Below are positions 1 to 8,272 of a DNA stretch of 61,620 nucleotides, piece by piece. Location: the IMG/VR virus record IMGVR_UViG_3300028559_000041, positions 1-61,620 of that record, one strand, 5' to 3'. Source of the DNA: a virus (Duplodnaviria; Caudoviricetes). Under the pieces are notes generated by a model, which was given only the letters and a program-made list of their open reading frames with translations, made no database searches and was not told the DNA's origin. How positions within the stretch are numbered: position 1 is the first letter of the stretch; the number at the start of each line of letters is the position of its first letter. Position numbers and translations under genes: made by a program.

Positions 1-1
1 C

Positions 2-589
2 AGGAGTGATTTTTATAAGTTTATTGGCAATGATAAACACGAATTGATAAAGAAAAATTTACTTAAAAATAGAATTCCAAATAAAAATAATGAATCGAAT
101 AAAAAGTCTATTATAATTGATAATATTAGATACGAATCAATATCAGATGCCGTAAAAATTCTAAATATTGATAGGTCTCTAATACGTTCAAGACTAAAAT
201 CATCACATTTCAAAAATTATCTTTATCAAGATGATGAACTGAATAAAAAATATAACAAATTTGTAGAAATTGATCCACATTTTTCAAAAAGAGAACCTAT
301 TTCAATCAAAGGTAAAGAATATGAATCCATCACACAAGCTTCAAAAGATTTAAAAAAACCAAACGATTATATCAATTGGAGATTAAACTCAAAATCTTAT
401 CCAGATTGGTTCTACCTAAATAAAGAAGTGGAATTAAAAGAGACTGGTGTTCCAAAAATGAAAAAGGTTTCAATAATAGGAAATGAATATGATTCAATTG
501 CTGATGCTGTAGTTAAGTCCGGAATAGACAGACAAATAATGAGATATAGATTAAAGTCAAATAATTATACGGATTATTTTTATATATAA
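2..589 (+). CDS. 5'-truncated homing-endonuclease-like protein; C-terminal NUMOD1/HTH-like DNA-binding repeats
   Basis: The frame is open from position 2. It has three copies of I.I.G..Y(E/D)SI..A......R.RL.S..Y..Y.Y. The catalytic domain is presumably upstream of the window. Confidence 0.55.
   Translation, partial: RSDFYKFIGNDKHELIKKNLLKNRIPNKNNESNKKSIIIDNIRYESISDAVKILNIDRSLIRSRLKSSHFKNYLYQDDELNKKYNKFVEIDPHFSKREPISIKGKEYESITQASKDLKKPNDYINWRLNSKSYPDWFYLNKEVELKETGVPKMKKVSIIGNEYDSIADAVVKSGIDRQIMRYRLKSNNYTDYFYI
581..589 (+). promoter_or_regulatory. putative phage late promoter (TATATATAA), representative copy
   Basis: WWTATATA motif just upstream of the ATG at 596; the same motif recurs before more than 20 genes. 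Confidence 0.5.
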
Positions 590-595
590 TCTAAT

Positions 596-1177
596 ATGAA
601 ACATTTAAAATCATATAAAATATTTGAATCTATTTCCGAAAAGCTTTATCACGGTAATAGAAAAGGTGATTTTCCACCTGAGAAAAAAAGATTTGCTGGT
701 GCAATTTTTTTAACATCTAATTTAGATTTTGCAAAGGATTTTGCAGGATTTAATGAAAGAGAAGAATTCTCAAATGGTGCGGTCTGGGAAGTTATTTTAA
801 AACCAGGTTTGAAGTTATGTAATCCAATGGAAGTTGAGACTATGAAAAAAATAAATCTTAAAGAAATCATTCAAAAAATGATTGATGATAAATATGTTGA
901 TGAAACAAATGGTACAAAATTCAATGAGATCAGTGGTTCGGGATTTAAAGGATACAATCCAGATGAAGATAAAGAATTTGATATAAAAGATAAATCGGAT
1001 AGTGTTTATTTTTATCTATGGAGAATAAAAAATGGAGCATGGAGAATAATTGAATGCAATCCAATCATTGAAAAGATTAAAAACTCAGGATTTGATGGAT
1101 TCTTTGTCATAGAAAGAGGATCAAAAAATGTGGCAATATTTGATGAAAAATCTATAAAAAGTTTTAAAGAGATATGA
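596..1177 (+). CDS. ADP-ribosyltransferase-like protein with N-terminal capsid-targeting-like tag
   Basis: LYHG, GAIFLTSNLDFAKDFA and GFDGFFVIE..NVAIFD follow the H-aromatic-E ART fold pattern. It starts MKHLKSYKIFES. Confidence 0.55.
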   Translation: MKHLKSYKIFESISEKLYHGNRKGDFPPEKKRFAGAIFLTSNLDFAKDFAGFNEREEFSNGAVWEVILKPGLKLCNPMEVETMKKINLKEIIQKMIDDKYVDETNGTKFNEISGSGFKGYNPDEDKEFDIKDKSDSVYFYLWRIKNGAWRIIECNPIIEKIKNSGFDGFFVIERGSKNVAIFDEKSIKSFKEI

Positions 1178-1560
1178 AAATTAGAAAGTTTAACGAATCA
1201 AAGAAAGAATTAGACACTGAATATTTAAATTTCGTGTTTAGCGAATTTACTGATAATGGTGCGGAAATAGAAATGGACGAATCTGCAGATCGCACCAAAA
1301 AATACTGGCATATCTTTTTAGAAGAACCTCAATTGAATTTAAAATTCGATTCTATTGATGACTATATAAATAATATAAATGAGGTATATAATTTTTCAAA
1401 GGAATTGGAATCTTGTTTTAAAAAATTAGAAGATGACAAAATTAATTATGAAATTGTCATTGAAGAAATAATAGATGAAAAAGGTAATTATATATTCAAT
1501 CAAGGTTCGGAAATGCCAGAAAAATTACAAAGAATAATAATAATAACATTTTCAGAATGA
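1174..1560 (+). CDS. hypothetical acidic protein, tagged N-terminus (MKIRKFNES)
   Basis: 128-aa ORF overlapping the upstream gene end. Confidence 0.7.
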   Translation: MKIRKFNESKKELDTEYLNFVFSEFTDNGAEIEMDESADRTKKYWHIFLEEPQLNLKFDSIDDYINNINEVYNFSKELESCFKKLEDDKINYEIVIEEIIDEKGNYIFNQGSEMPEKLQRIIIITFSE

Positions 1561-1979
1561 AAAACATATTAAATTTTAAAAAGTTTGAAAATTCAGAGTA
1601 TGATGATGTTAAAGAAAATTTAGAATTTATTTTATTAGATATAAAAGATCTAGGATTAAATTATTCAATTTTTGGCAGAAGTAAATTTTTAGACAATCCC
1701 GGTGAAATGTGGTATAGAAATACTAAAGTTGAAAAAGGATTTAAGGAATATATAAGCCTATCAATTGGAACAAGAAAAGAATGTATAGATGAAATTTTAG
1801 ATATAATAAAAGAATGTATTAATTACATGACAAATAATGATTGGAAATATAGTACAAAAATAGATAGAGGTGTTAGTATGGTTGATATAGACATAAATCA
1901 AATAGTTCCTTTATTCAATCAAAGGAGAGATATTACAAAATATTTAGGACAAATACATATACACTTTTGGAAAATATGA
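1557..1979 (+). CDS. hypothetical protein, tagged N-terminus (MKNILNFKKFEN)
   Basis: 140-aa ORF with ATGA coupling to the upstream gene. Confidence 0.7.
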   Translation: MKNILNFKKFENSEYDDVKENLEFILLDIKDLGLNYSIFGRSKFLDNPGEMWYRNTKVEKGFKEYISLSIGTRKECIDEILDIIKECINYMTNNDWKYSTKIDRGVSMVDIDINQIVPLFNQRRDITKYLGQIHIHFWKI

Positions 1980-2089
1980 TACTACCATTTAAAGAAGAAC
2001 AAGTATCCGAAAATACATTCATCAGAACATTCTATCAGGATGTTGATTCTTTGATCGTAAACACCGAGATAGAGAGAACAATATTTTAA
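1976..2089 (+). pseudogene. 5' remnant of a small cupin-like gene disrupted by the downstream HNH gene
   Basis: Translates MILPFKEEQVSENTFIRTFYQDVDSLIV, then HRDREN in a shifted frame. This matches LPFNEEIINSSEYIRTFKSDIEEESLMWHRDFEDR at the C-terminus of 2100..3230. Confidence 0.7.
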
Positions 2090-2099
2090 TATATACTCT

Positions 2100-3230
2100 A
2101 TGAATTTAGAATTAATTTATATTAAAATATGTGAAAGAGGTCAAATAAGAATACTTGATAAATTAGTATATACTGAAAAACATCATATTATTCCAAGATG
2201 TATGAATGGATTTGATGATAAAACTAACATAACAACTTTGACAGCTAAAGAACATTTTATTTGCCATAAAATATTATGTGAGGTTTATCCAGAAAATGAG
2301 AAGTTGAGATATGCTTTTTGGGCAATGTGTAATCAAAAAGTCAATAGAGATTATATTGTTTCATCTAGAGATTATGAGTATGCTAAATCATTATGTTTAG
2401 AAATGTGGAAAAAACCAAAATCTAAAACTACAATCAATAAAATAAAAGATACAAAAAAACGCAACAAGATTTTAAGACAATTAAAAGGCGAAAAAATCAA
2501 TAGAAAACAAGATGCTGAACTCAATCACAATTATAATAAAAAATGGGTAACGAATATCTTAACAAATAAATCAAAAATGATAATTGGAGATATACCCGAA
2601 GGTTATAAATTAGGCAGAGTTAAAATTGGTAGCTTAGGCAAATCAAATTCAATTGGTAAAAAATGGTATCACAATCCAGAAACAGGTGAAGAAAAATATT
2701 TTAGTGTTGATGATGTTATTCCGAATGGTTGGTTATCTGGTCGTTCTAAACATATAAAATTAGGAGGCAATAATTTATCTGGTAAAATTTGTTACTTTAA
2801 TATTTCTTTGAATAAAGAGAAATATTTTAATAATGATGATGTTATACCTGATGATTGGGTAAAGGGTAAGTTAAAAAATAGATGTTGGTATTATAATAGC
2901 GAATTAAATATTGAAAAGTTATTCGATTTAGATTCGGTAGAATCTGGGTTTATTAGAGGCAGATTGCCTAAATTACCATTTAATGAGGAAATAATAAACT
3001 CAAGTGAATATATAAGAACTTTTAAAAGTGATATAGAAGAAGAATCTCTTATGTGGCATCGTGATTTCGAAGATAGAATAATAGAATCTATTGAAGAAAC
3101 TGATTGGAAATTTCAACTAGATGATAAATTACCAATCAATATAGAAGGTGAAATATTTATACCAAAAGGTGTTTATCACAGAATAATAAAAGGAACTGGT
3201 GATTTAAAAATTAAATTAAATAAACTTTAA
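2100..3230 (+). CDS. HNH homing endonuclease with W-Y-N..G(W/F)..GR repeats, fused to a C-terminal cupin-like domain
   Basis: EKHHIIPRCMNG.DD.TNITTLTAKEHFICHKIL is an HNH motif. Four KWY.N...EKYF....IP.GW..G-type repeats follow. The C-terminal WHRD...IFIPKGVYHRIIKG are cupin motifs. Confidence 0.75.
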   Translation: MNLELIYIKICERGQIRILDKLVYTEKHHIIPRCMNGFDDKTNITTLTAKEHFICHKILCEVYPENEKLRYAFWAMCNQKVNRDYIVSSRDYEYAKSLCLEMWKKPKSKTTINKIKDTKKRNKILRQLKGEKINRKQDAELNHNYNKKWVTNILTNKSKMIIGDIPEGYKLGRVKIGSLGKSNSIGKKWYHNPETGEEKYFSVDDVIPNGWLSGRSKHIKLGGNNLSGKICYFNISLNKEKYFNNDDVIPDDWVKGKLKNRCWYYNSELNIEKLFDLDSVESGFIRGRLPKLPFNEEIINSSEYIRTFKSDIEEESLMWHRDFEDRIIESIEETDWKFQLDDKLPINIEGEIFIPKGVYHRIIKGTGDLKIKLNKL

Positions 3231-4337
3231 TTACTCACTCTTAACCTTATAATTCTCATTATAAATACGAATAATCTCTCCAAATTCACCCAATAAACCT
3301 TCTTTAAAAGAATCATTTTCGAAATTTTGATTCTTAATATACCCCTTAATGAACTCTTCATATTCTAATTGAATAGAAATTTGTAATTCTTCTTCTGTTA
3401 ATTCTTTTTCTTTCTTTTCTTTTTCAGTTTTAACAATATCATCAAGATATTCAACTGAAGCAAAATTACCAGTTTCTAATATTGTTTCTAATTTTCTTCT
3501 TAACTTACGATTATTAATTAATAAGTTATTTGATATAGATAAGTCAATATAATCCTTAGTATCTTTTAAAGATTCAATTAACTCAATATCATCTTCATTA
3601 ACAACTTGAAACTTTCTAAATACCGGAGAATAGGTATTAGGTTCAAAATGAATTTTACCACTAACTAAATCTAAAACGGTAATTCCTTTTTGATCACCCA
3701 TGTCATTACGATCCATTTGATAGGGGCTTCCAACAAATGTGAAATTCTTATTAGTTTGTCTTATATGTATATGACCCGAAAATACGTGTTTAAATCGATT
3801 AAATTCATCTACATCTATCTTATCAGCATTCCTATGGGCAACTGAGTTTAAATGCATTCTACACCCATTTAAATCACTATGACAGAATAGATAATCTCCT
3901 GAATTAGATTGAAGTTGTTTAATCATATCTAATCGTTTTTCAACCCAAGGCATTAGAACCAACTTACTACCAAAAACTTCAATAGTTGATGATTCTGTAT
4001 AAACATTGATATTATCAACAAAATTAAAAAGACGAACTGAGTTAATATCATTAGATCCTTTATTCCAAAGGTCGTGATTTCCAACAATCAAATGAACTGG
4101 GATTATTTTGGATATTTCAGTTAATATCTTTTCAGCTTTATATGAGGCAATAATAGGAATTGATGTTCGGTTATCATAAAGATCACCACAATGTACTAAT
4201 ATATCACCTTCTTTGACATTTTCTTTTAGGTAAGGTATGAAGAAATTATAGAAATAATCCTCCATCATATTTAACCATTTATCTAAATTATTAACGTAGA
4301 CACCAAAATGCCAATCTGTTGTAATAAATACTTTCAT
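3231..4337 (-). CDS. Mre11/SbcD-like recombination nuclease (T4 gp47-like)
   Basis: Phosphoesterase motifs TDWHFG, GDLYDNR, GNHD, SGHIH and VGSPYQ. Confidence 0.85.
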   Translation of the reverse strand: MKVFITTDWHFGVYVNNLDKWLNMMEDYFYNFFIPYLKENVKEGDILVHCGDLYDNRTSIPIIASYKAEKILTEISKIIPVHLIVGNHDLWNKGSNDINSVRLFNFVDNINVYTESSTIEVFGSKLVLMPWVEKRLDMIKQLQSNSGDYLFCHSDLNGCRMHLNSVAHRNADKIDVDEFNRFKHVFSGHIHIRQTNKNFTFVGSPYQMDRNDMGDQKGITVLDLVSGKIHFEPNTYSPVFRKFQVVNEDDIELIESLKDTKDYIDLSISNNLLINNRKLRRKLETILETGNFASVEYLDDIVKTEKEKKEKELTEEELQISIQLEYEEFIKGYIKNQNFENDSFKEGLLGEFGEIIRIYNENYKVKSE

Positions 4338-4385
4338 TCATATATTATATTTTAATTTATATGAAAAATCAGAGATATGTTCAAC

Positions 4386-4416
4386 AAAAAAGCCGATAGA
4401 TTTTCTATCGGCTTTT
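4386..4416 (-). terminator. intrinsic terminator after tail tube gene
   Basis: AGCCGATAGA-TT-TTCTATCGGCT hairpin flanked by A/T runs. Confidence 0.75.
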
Positions 4417-4446
4417 GAATTATTTTTAAAAATGTAGAGATTGATT

Positions 4447-5076
4447 TTATTCGTAACCAGAAACAAATGGTGGTGCTATTGTGAAGTCACCATCAATGTA
4501 CTCATCAATCCAGTAGTCACAACAGAAGTCTGCAGTAACATCAGCTAATATACCTTGTGCAGAATAATCTAAAGATGGACCAGTAACTGACTTCAATTGA
4601 CAGTTTTGGAAAGTAACACGTCTTAAAACTAGACCTTTCTTATCGTGTTGGTTTACAATCATAGTACCGATTGTATCAGCTTTGTAATGTAAATAACCGT
4701 TTTGAGAATTCCATCCAAGATCATACCAAGCTCTTAGGCCTGCCCAAGTTTCCATAGATCCTTGATTATTTACGTTTACGTTAAATTTGACCTGAAGTGA
4801 ATCGATACTAGTCGAAGGAGGTCCAGCTTGTAAGAACTTACGAGTAGAATACTTCCAGCGTTGTTCAGCAGTTGCAATCGCAACGTTAGTAGTTCCCAAG
4901 TCGATTGATAGGGCTTGTTGTAAGAAGATTATAGGGTCTCTACCCTGTGATTGTAAAATTGTAGGAAGTACAAACGTAATCTCAAAGAGGTTAGTAAATA
5001 CTGGCTCCTGTGGAGTTGTTCCAGGACCACCTGGAGAACCCGCTACTACAAGTTGTGTAAAATGTGGTAATGGCAT
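4447..5076 (-). CDS. tail tube protein (T4 gp19-like)
   Basis: NLFEITF, LRAWYDL, YKAD..GTMIVNQHDKKG...RRVTFQNC...LDYS....VTADF.CDYW are typical of contractile tail tube proteins. Confidence 0.75.
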   Translation of the reverse strand: MPLPHFTQLVVAGSPGGPGTTPQEPVFTNLFEITFVLPTILQSQGRDPIIFLQQALSIDLGTTNVAIATAEQRWKYSTRKFLQAGPPSTSIDSLQVKFNVNVNNQGSMETWAGLRAWYDLGWNSQNGYLHYKADTIGTMIVNQHDKKGLVLRRVTFQNCQLKSVTGPSLDYSAQGILADVTADFCCDYWIDEYIDGDFTIAPPFVSGYE

Positions 5077-5265
5077 AACTTATTTATATTTTTTTTTGTT
5101 TAATTGTTTTACCAATTATAGATTATATATTTTTATTTATTCTGTCTCTATTAAAATACATGATATATATTATAAAAAATAATCGACTTTTTTCATTTTT
5201 ATAATATAAATAAACAATAGGAGGAATTAAAAATATAACTATATATAAAAAAATATCATTAAAAA

Positions 5266-6210
5266 ATGAGCAATAATAAAGAAATGTCGGAAGAGGATTT
5301 TCTAAAAAAACACATAGACGAGCAAGAATCTCGTGGAAAATCACAAGAAAGTCAAATGGTTTTTGAGCAACCAGTAAAAAAAGATAATTCTAGAGTATCA
5401 GATTTACAATACTTTAACTTTGATGTAAAGGAACTACCTTGTGGTCAATTTTATCCAACTGGTACAATGTTTATGGTGAGACCTGCTCAAGTTAGAGAGA
5501 TCCAAGCATATTCGATGGTAGATGATAATAACTTCTACGATATAGTAGAGAAAATGAATGATATGCTATCATCTTGTGTGAGAATTAAATATCCTGATGG
5601 TAAGATGGCAAGTTATCTTGATATAAAAGACCAAGATAGACTATATTTAGTATTCGCTATTAGAGAACTAACATTCCAACAAGGTAATGAATTAGCAGTA
5701 AGTGTTAAGTGTGACGCATGTGGGGAAAATAATCAATTAGAATTGGTTAGAAAAAACTTTAGATTCCATGAAATTGATGAAAAAATATTCAAATATTTTA
5801 ACAGATCTAGTAATTCATTTGTTTTCAAAACAATCAATAATAAACAATTTGAATTAACTCCACCGAATATTGGAATACAAAAAGCATTTACCGATTATAT
5901 AATCAAAGAAAATAACGAAAATAAAAGTCCTAATTTATCATTTTTGAAAATTATTCCTTTTATGTTGGATGGTAGAAATAGTATTACATATGAGGGAATT
6001 AAAACCAAATTAAGTGACTTTGAACAACTAGATGATATATCTTTTCAATTCCTAAATGCCGCAGTCTCTAAAATGACTTTTGGAATAAAAGACTTAGTAA
6101 AAGAATGCACTAACTGTGGAGTGGAGGTCCGCAGTGAAATGCAATTTCCCAACGGAGCGTCAAGTATTTTCGTTGTTCATGATGCCTTTGAAGCCTTTAT
6201 TAAAGAATAA
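5266..6210 (+). CDS. baseplate hub / tail assembly protein (T4 gp26-like)
   Basis: ELPCGQFYP...VRP, DRLYLVFAIRELT and two CxxC zinc ribbons (CDAC, CTNC). Confidence 0.55.
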   Translation: MSNNKEMSEEDFLKKHIDEQESRGKSQESQMVFEQPVKKDNSRVSDLQYFNFDVKELPCGQFYPTGTMFMVRPAQVREIQAYSMVDDNNFYDIVEKMNDMLSSCVRIKYPDGKMASYLDIKDQDRLYLVFAIRELTFQQGNELAVSVKCDACGENNQLELVRKNFRFHEIDEKIFKYFNRSSNSFVFKTINNKQFELTPPNIGIQKAFTDYIIKENNENKSPNLSFLKIIPFMLDGRNSITYEGIKTKLSDFEQLDDISFQFLNAAVSKMTFGIKDLVKECTNCGVEVRSEMQFPNGASSIFVVHDAFEAFIKE

Positions 6211-6430
6211 ACTTCTACTTCAGAAACATTATCATGTTAATGAGTTTTGTATTGATGAGTGGCCATTCTGGCTTCTTGAAGAAAATATTAAAATAATTAA
6301 TGAACTGACTGATGAAGAAGAACAACAAAGGAAATCTGAAGAATCTCAGCAAAACAAATCTATGAATATGGGTAATTTTAATCCATCAAACATAATGAAT
6401 AATTTTAATGGTGGATTACCTAGTGTATAA
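6179..6430 (+). CDS. small baseplate-hub assembly partner (gp51-like)
   Basis: KLLLQKHYH...IDEWPFWLLE resembles the short genes following gp26-like hubs. It overlaps the upstream gene in the +1 frame. Confidence 0.45.
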   Translation: MMPLKPLLKNKLLLQKHYHVNEFCIDEWPFWLLEENIKIINELTDEEEQQRKSEESQQNKSMNMGNFNPSNIMNNFNGGLPSV

Positions 6431-6431
6431 C

Positions 6432-6464
6432 AAAAAAAACCAGATAGTGATATCTGGTTTTTTT
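6432..6464. terminator. bidirectional intrinsic terminator
   Basis: A8-CCAGATA-GTGA-TATCTGG-T7 between convergent genes. Confidence 0.8.
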
Positions 6465-6466
6465 AT

Positions 6467-8173
6467 TTAAATAACTTTATAAATCCATTTCTTATTACCC
6501 GCATTATATATCCTATAATAACCCAATTCACTCATAATCTCCTCCTCTGTTTTACTAACATCATAACCCATTTTAATTAATCTCTGCTTTCTCCAGTTGA
6601 ACCTATGATCTCTAATACCATCAATTACATACCAATATCCTGGTTTTGATGTATGTGAGTATTCAAATCCTAAAGTTTGATATAGATTTCCATTTGATAT
6701 TAAATTATCAGAATAGGTCTCTACTTGTATAGGATTATATTTTTTAATAAAATAATTCATCAATTTTGAAGCACCGCCAGTAACACTGGTGTTTATTTTG
6801 TTACAAAATCTAGTCAATTCATAATGTCTTTCTTTTTTTCTATTTTTTTCAATCTTTTGTAATGGAAGCCTTAACTTTGAAAAGGTCATAATACTCAACA
6901 ATTCATCATTATTAAATAATCCAATTCTTATTGATGATTTACAATCTCCCTGTAGGTGATTATTATCTAAAAACGTCTTAGATTCATTGTATGAAACTTC
7001 TCTAATAGAACAATTTCTAGCATATATTTTATTCGAAGTCCTTCCTAATTTATTTAAGATAAAAGATTCACATATCTCTCTATTTACTACCCAATCATCT
7101 TCCCAAATTGTTATTAAACTAATACCATTCAAATTTGATAGTTCATATTTTTTTAAATGATAATTCTCTTTTTTAAATCTCTCAGAATGCCACCAAATGC
7201 CATTAAATTCGAATCCTATTTTTAGATCTGGTAGATAAATATCCATTTCATATGGACTAATTATATTTTTGCAATCTAATATAACTTCACCAATATAATT
7301 CTTAGTAATAAAGTTATATAATTCAATTTGTGATATAGATGCATTATCGGATATCGGAAAACAATTAGTACATATACTAACACCACTATTTGTCCTATAA
7401 TAAAACTGGTAAGTTAATATATCAAAATCTTTTTTACATTCAAGACAATTAAATAACAAACTTGTTGATATTCCTCTTTGAAACTTTATAAATTTAAACT
7501 TATTAAAGTCAATCTTACTCTCTATTCTATCCTTATAAGAAGAATAAAAGAAATCTATTGTTTTATTATGTATATTCTTATCCATCCATGGATGATCTAC
7601 TCCATATTTCTCTAAAGATGTTTTTTTGTATGTTTCTCTATAATTACTTTGTTTAAAGGTTTGTATCCTTTTAAACAGAATATCTTTAGATTCGCTTGGA
7701 TTAGTAACACCATAGTTTCTAAATAGTGTGTCCTTCGATTTTTCCTGTGTTTCTAATAAACACATAGCCGAATTATGACCGTATCTTATCTGGTTTGTCT
7801 TAATAGCCTTATCCTTTACAATTTTTGACTGTGATGGTGACTTTGTTCCAAACCTTTTCAAAGATTTCTCCTCTTTCATCTTAATCATATTTGGATCAGA
7901 TGACACACATCTTCTACTACAATATTCAAGATATCCAATTGTTGAGTTTTTAAAATTTACTTTGTTTTTACAATTTATGTTTTTACAAACAGGTATGTTA
8001 TTTAACTTATTCAAAGCTAAATAAACCTTTTCTTTAAAGGATATGTCTAATAAATTATTATTATCACAATAATCTATTATATAATCATACTCTTCTCTAT
8101 GATTCTTAATCATAAATGGTTCCTTATACATACGACCCGAAGAATCTGGTAAATTAAATATTGATAAATCCAT
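6467..8173 (-). CDS. homing-endonuclease-like protein (KYG repeats, PD-(D/E)XK-like domain, C-terminal GNAT/Mom-like domain)
   Basis: Repeated (K/R)YG..NP/HP motifs; EMDIYLPDLKIGFEFNGIWWHS; ELTRFCNK...GGASKLM...TYSD...GNLY..LGF. Confidence 0.65.
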   Translation of the reverse strand: MDLSIFNLPDSSGRMYKEPFMIKNHREEYDYIIDYCDNNNLLDISFKEKVYLALNKLNNIPVCKNINCKNKVNFKNSTIGYLEYCSRRCVSSDPNMIKMKEEKSLKRFGTKSPSQSKIVKDKAIKTNQIRYGHNSAMCLLETQEKSKDTLFRNYGVTNPSESKDILFKRIQTFKQSNYRETYKKTSLEKYGVDHPWMDKNIHNKTIDFFYSSYKDRIESKIDFNKFKFIKFQRGISTSLLFNCLECKKDFDILTYQFYYRTNSGVSICTNCFPISDNASISQIELYNFITKNYIGEVILDCKNIISPYEMDIYLPDLKIGFEFNGIWWHSERFKKENYHLKKYELSNLNGISLITIWEDDWVVNREICESFILNKLGRTSNKIYARNCSIREVSYNESKTFLDNNHLQGDCKSSIRIGLFNNDELLSIMTFSKLRLPLQKIEKNRKKERHYELTRFCNKINTSVTGGASKLMNYFIKKYNPIQVETYSDNLISNGNLYQTLGFEYSHTSKPGYWYVIDGIRDHRFNWRKQRLIKMGYDVSKTEEEIMSELGYYRIYNAGNKKWIYKVI

Positions 8174-8222
8174 AAAACATACTATTTAACATATATATTA
8201 AATACACCTATTTATGTTTAAC

Positions 8223-8254
8223 AAAAAAACCCAGATATCACTATCTGGGTTTTT
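8223..8254 (-). terminator. intrinsic terminator after tail sheath gene
   Basis: CCCAGATA-TCAC-TATCTGGG with A7 on the left; its core is the reverse complement of the 6432 hairpin. Confidence 0.8.
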
Positions 8255-8272
8255 GTTAGTTTTATAATTTAA

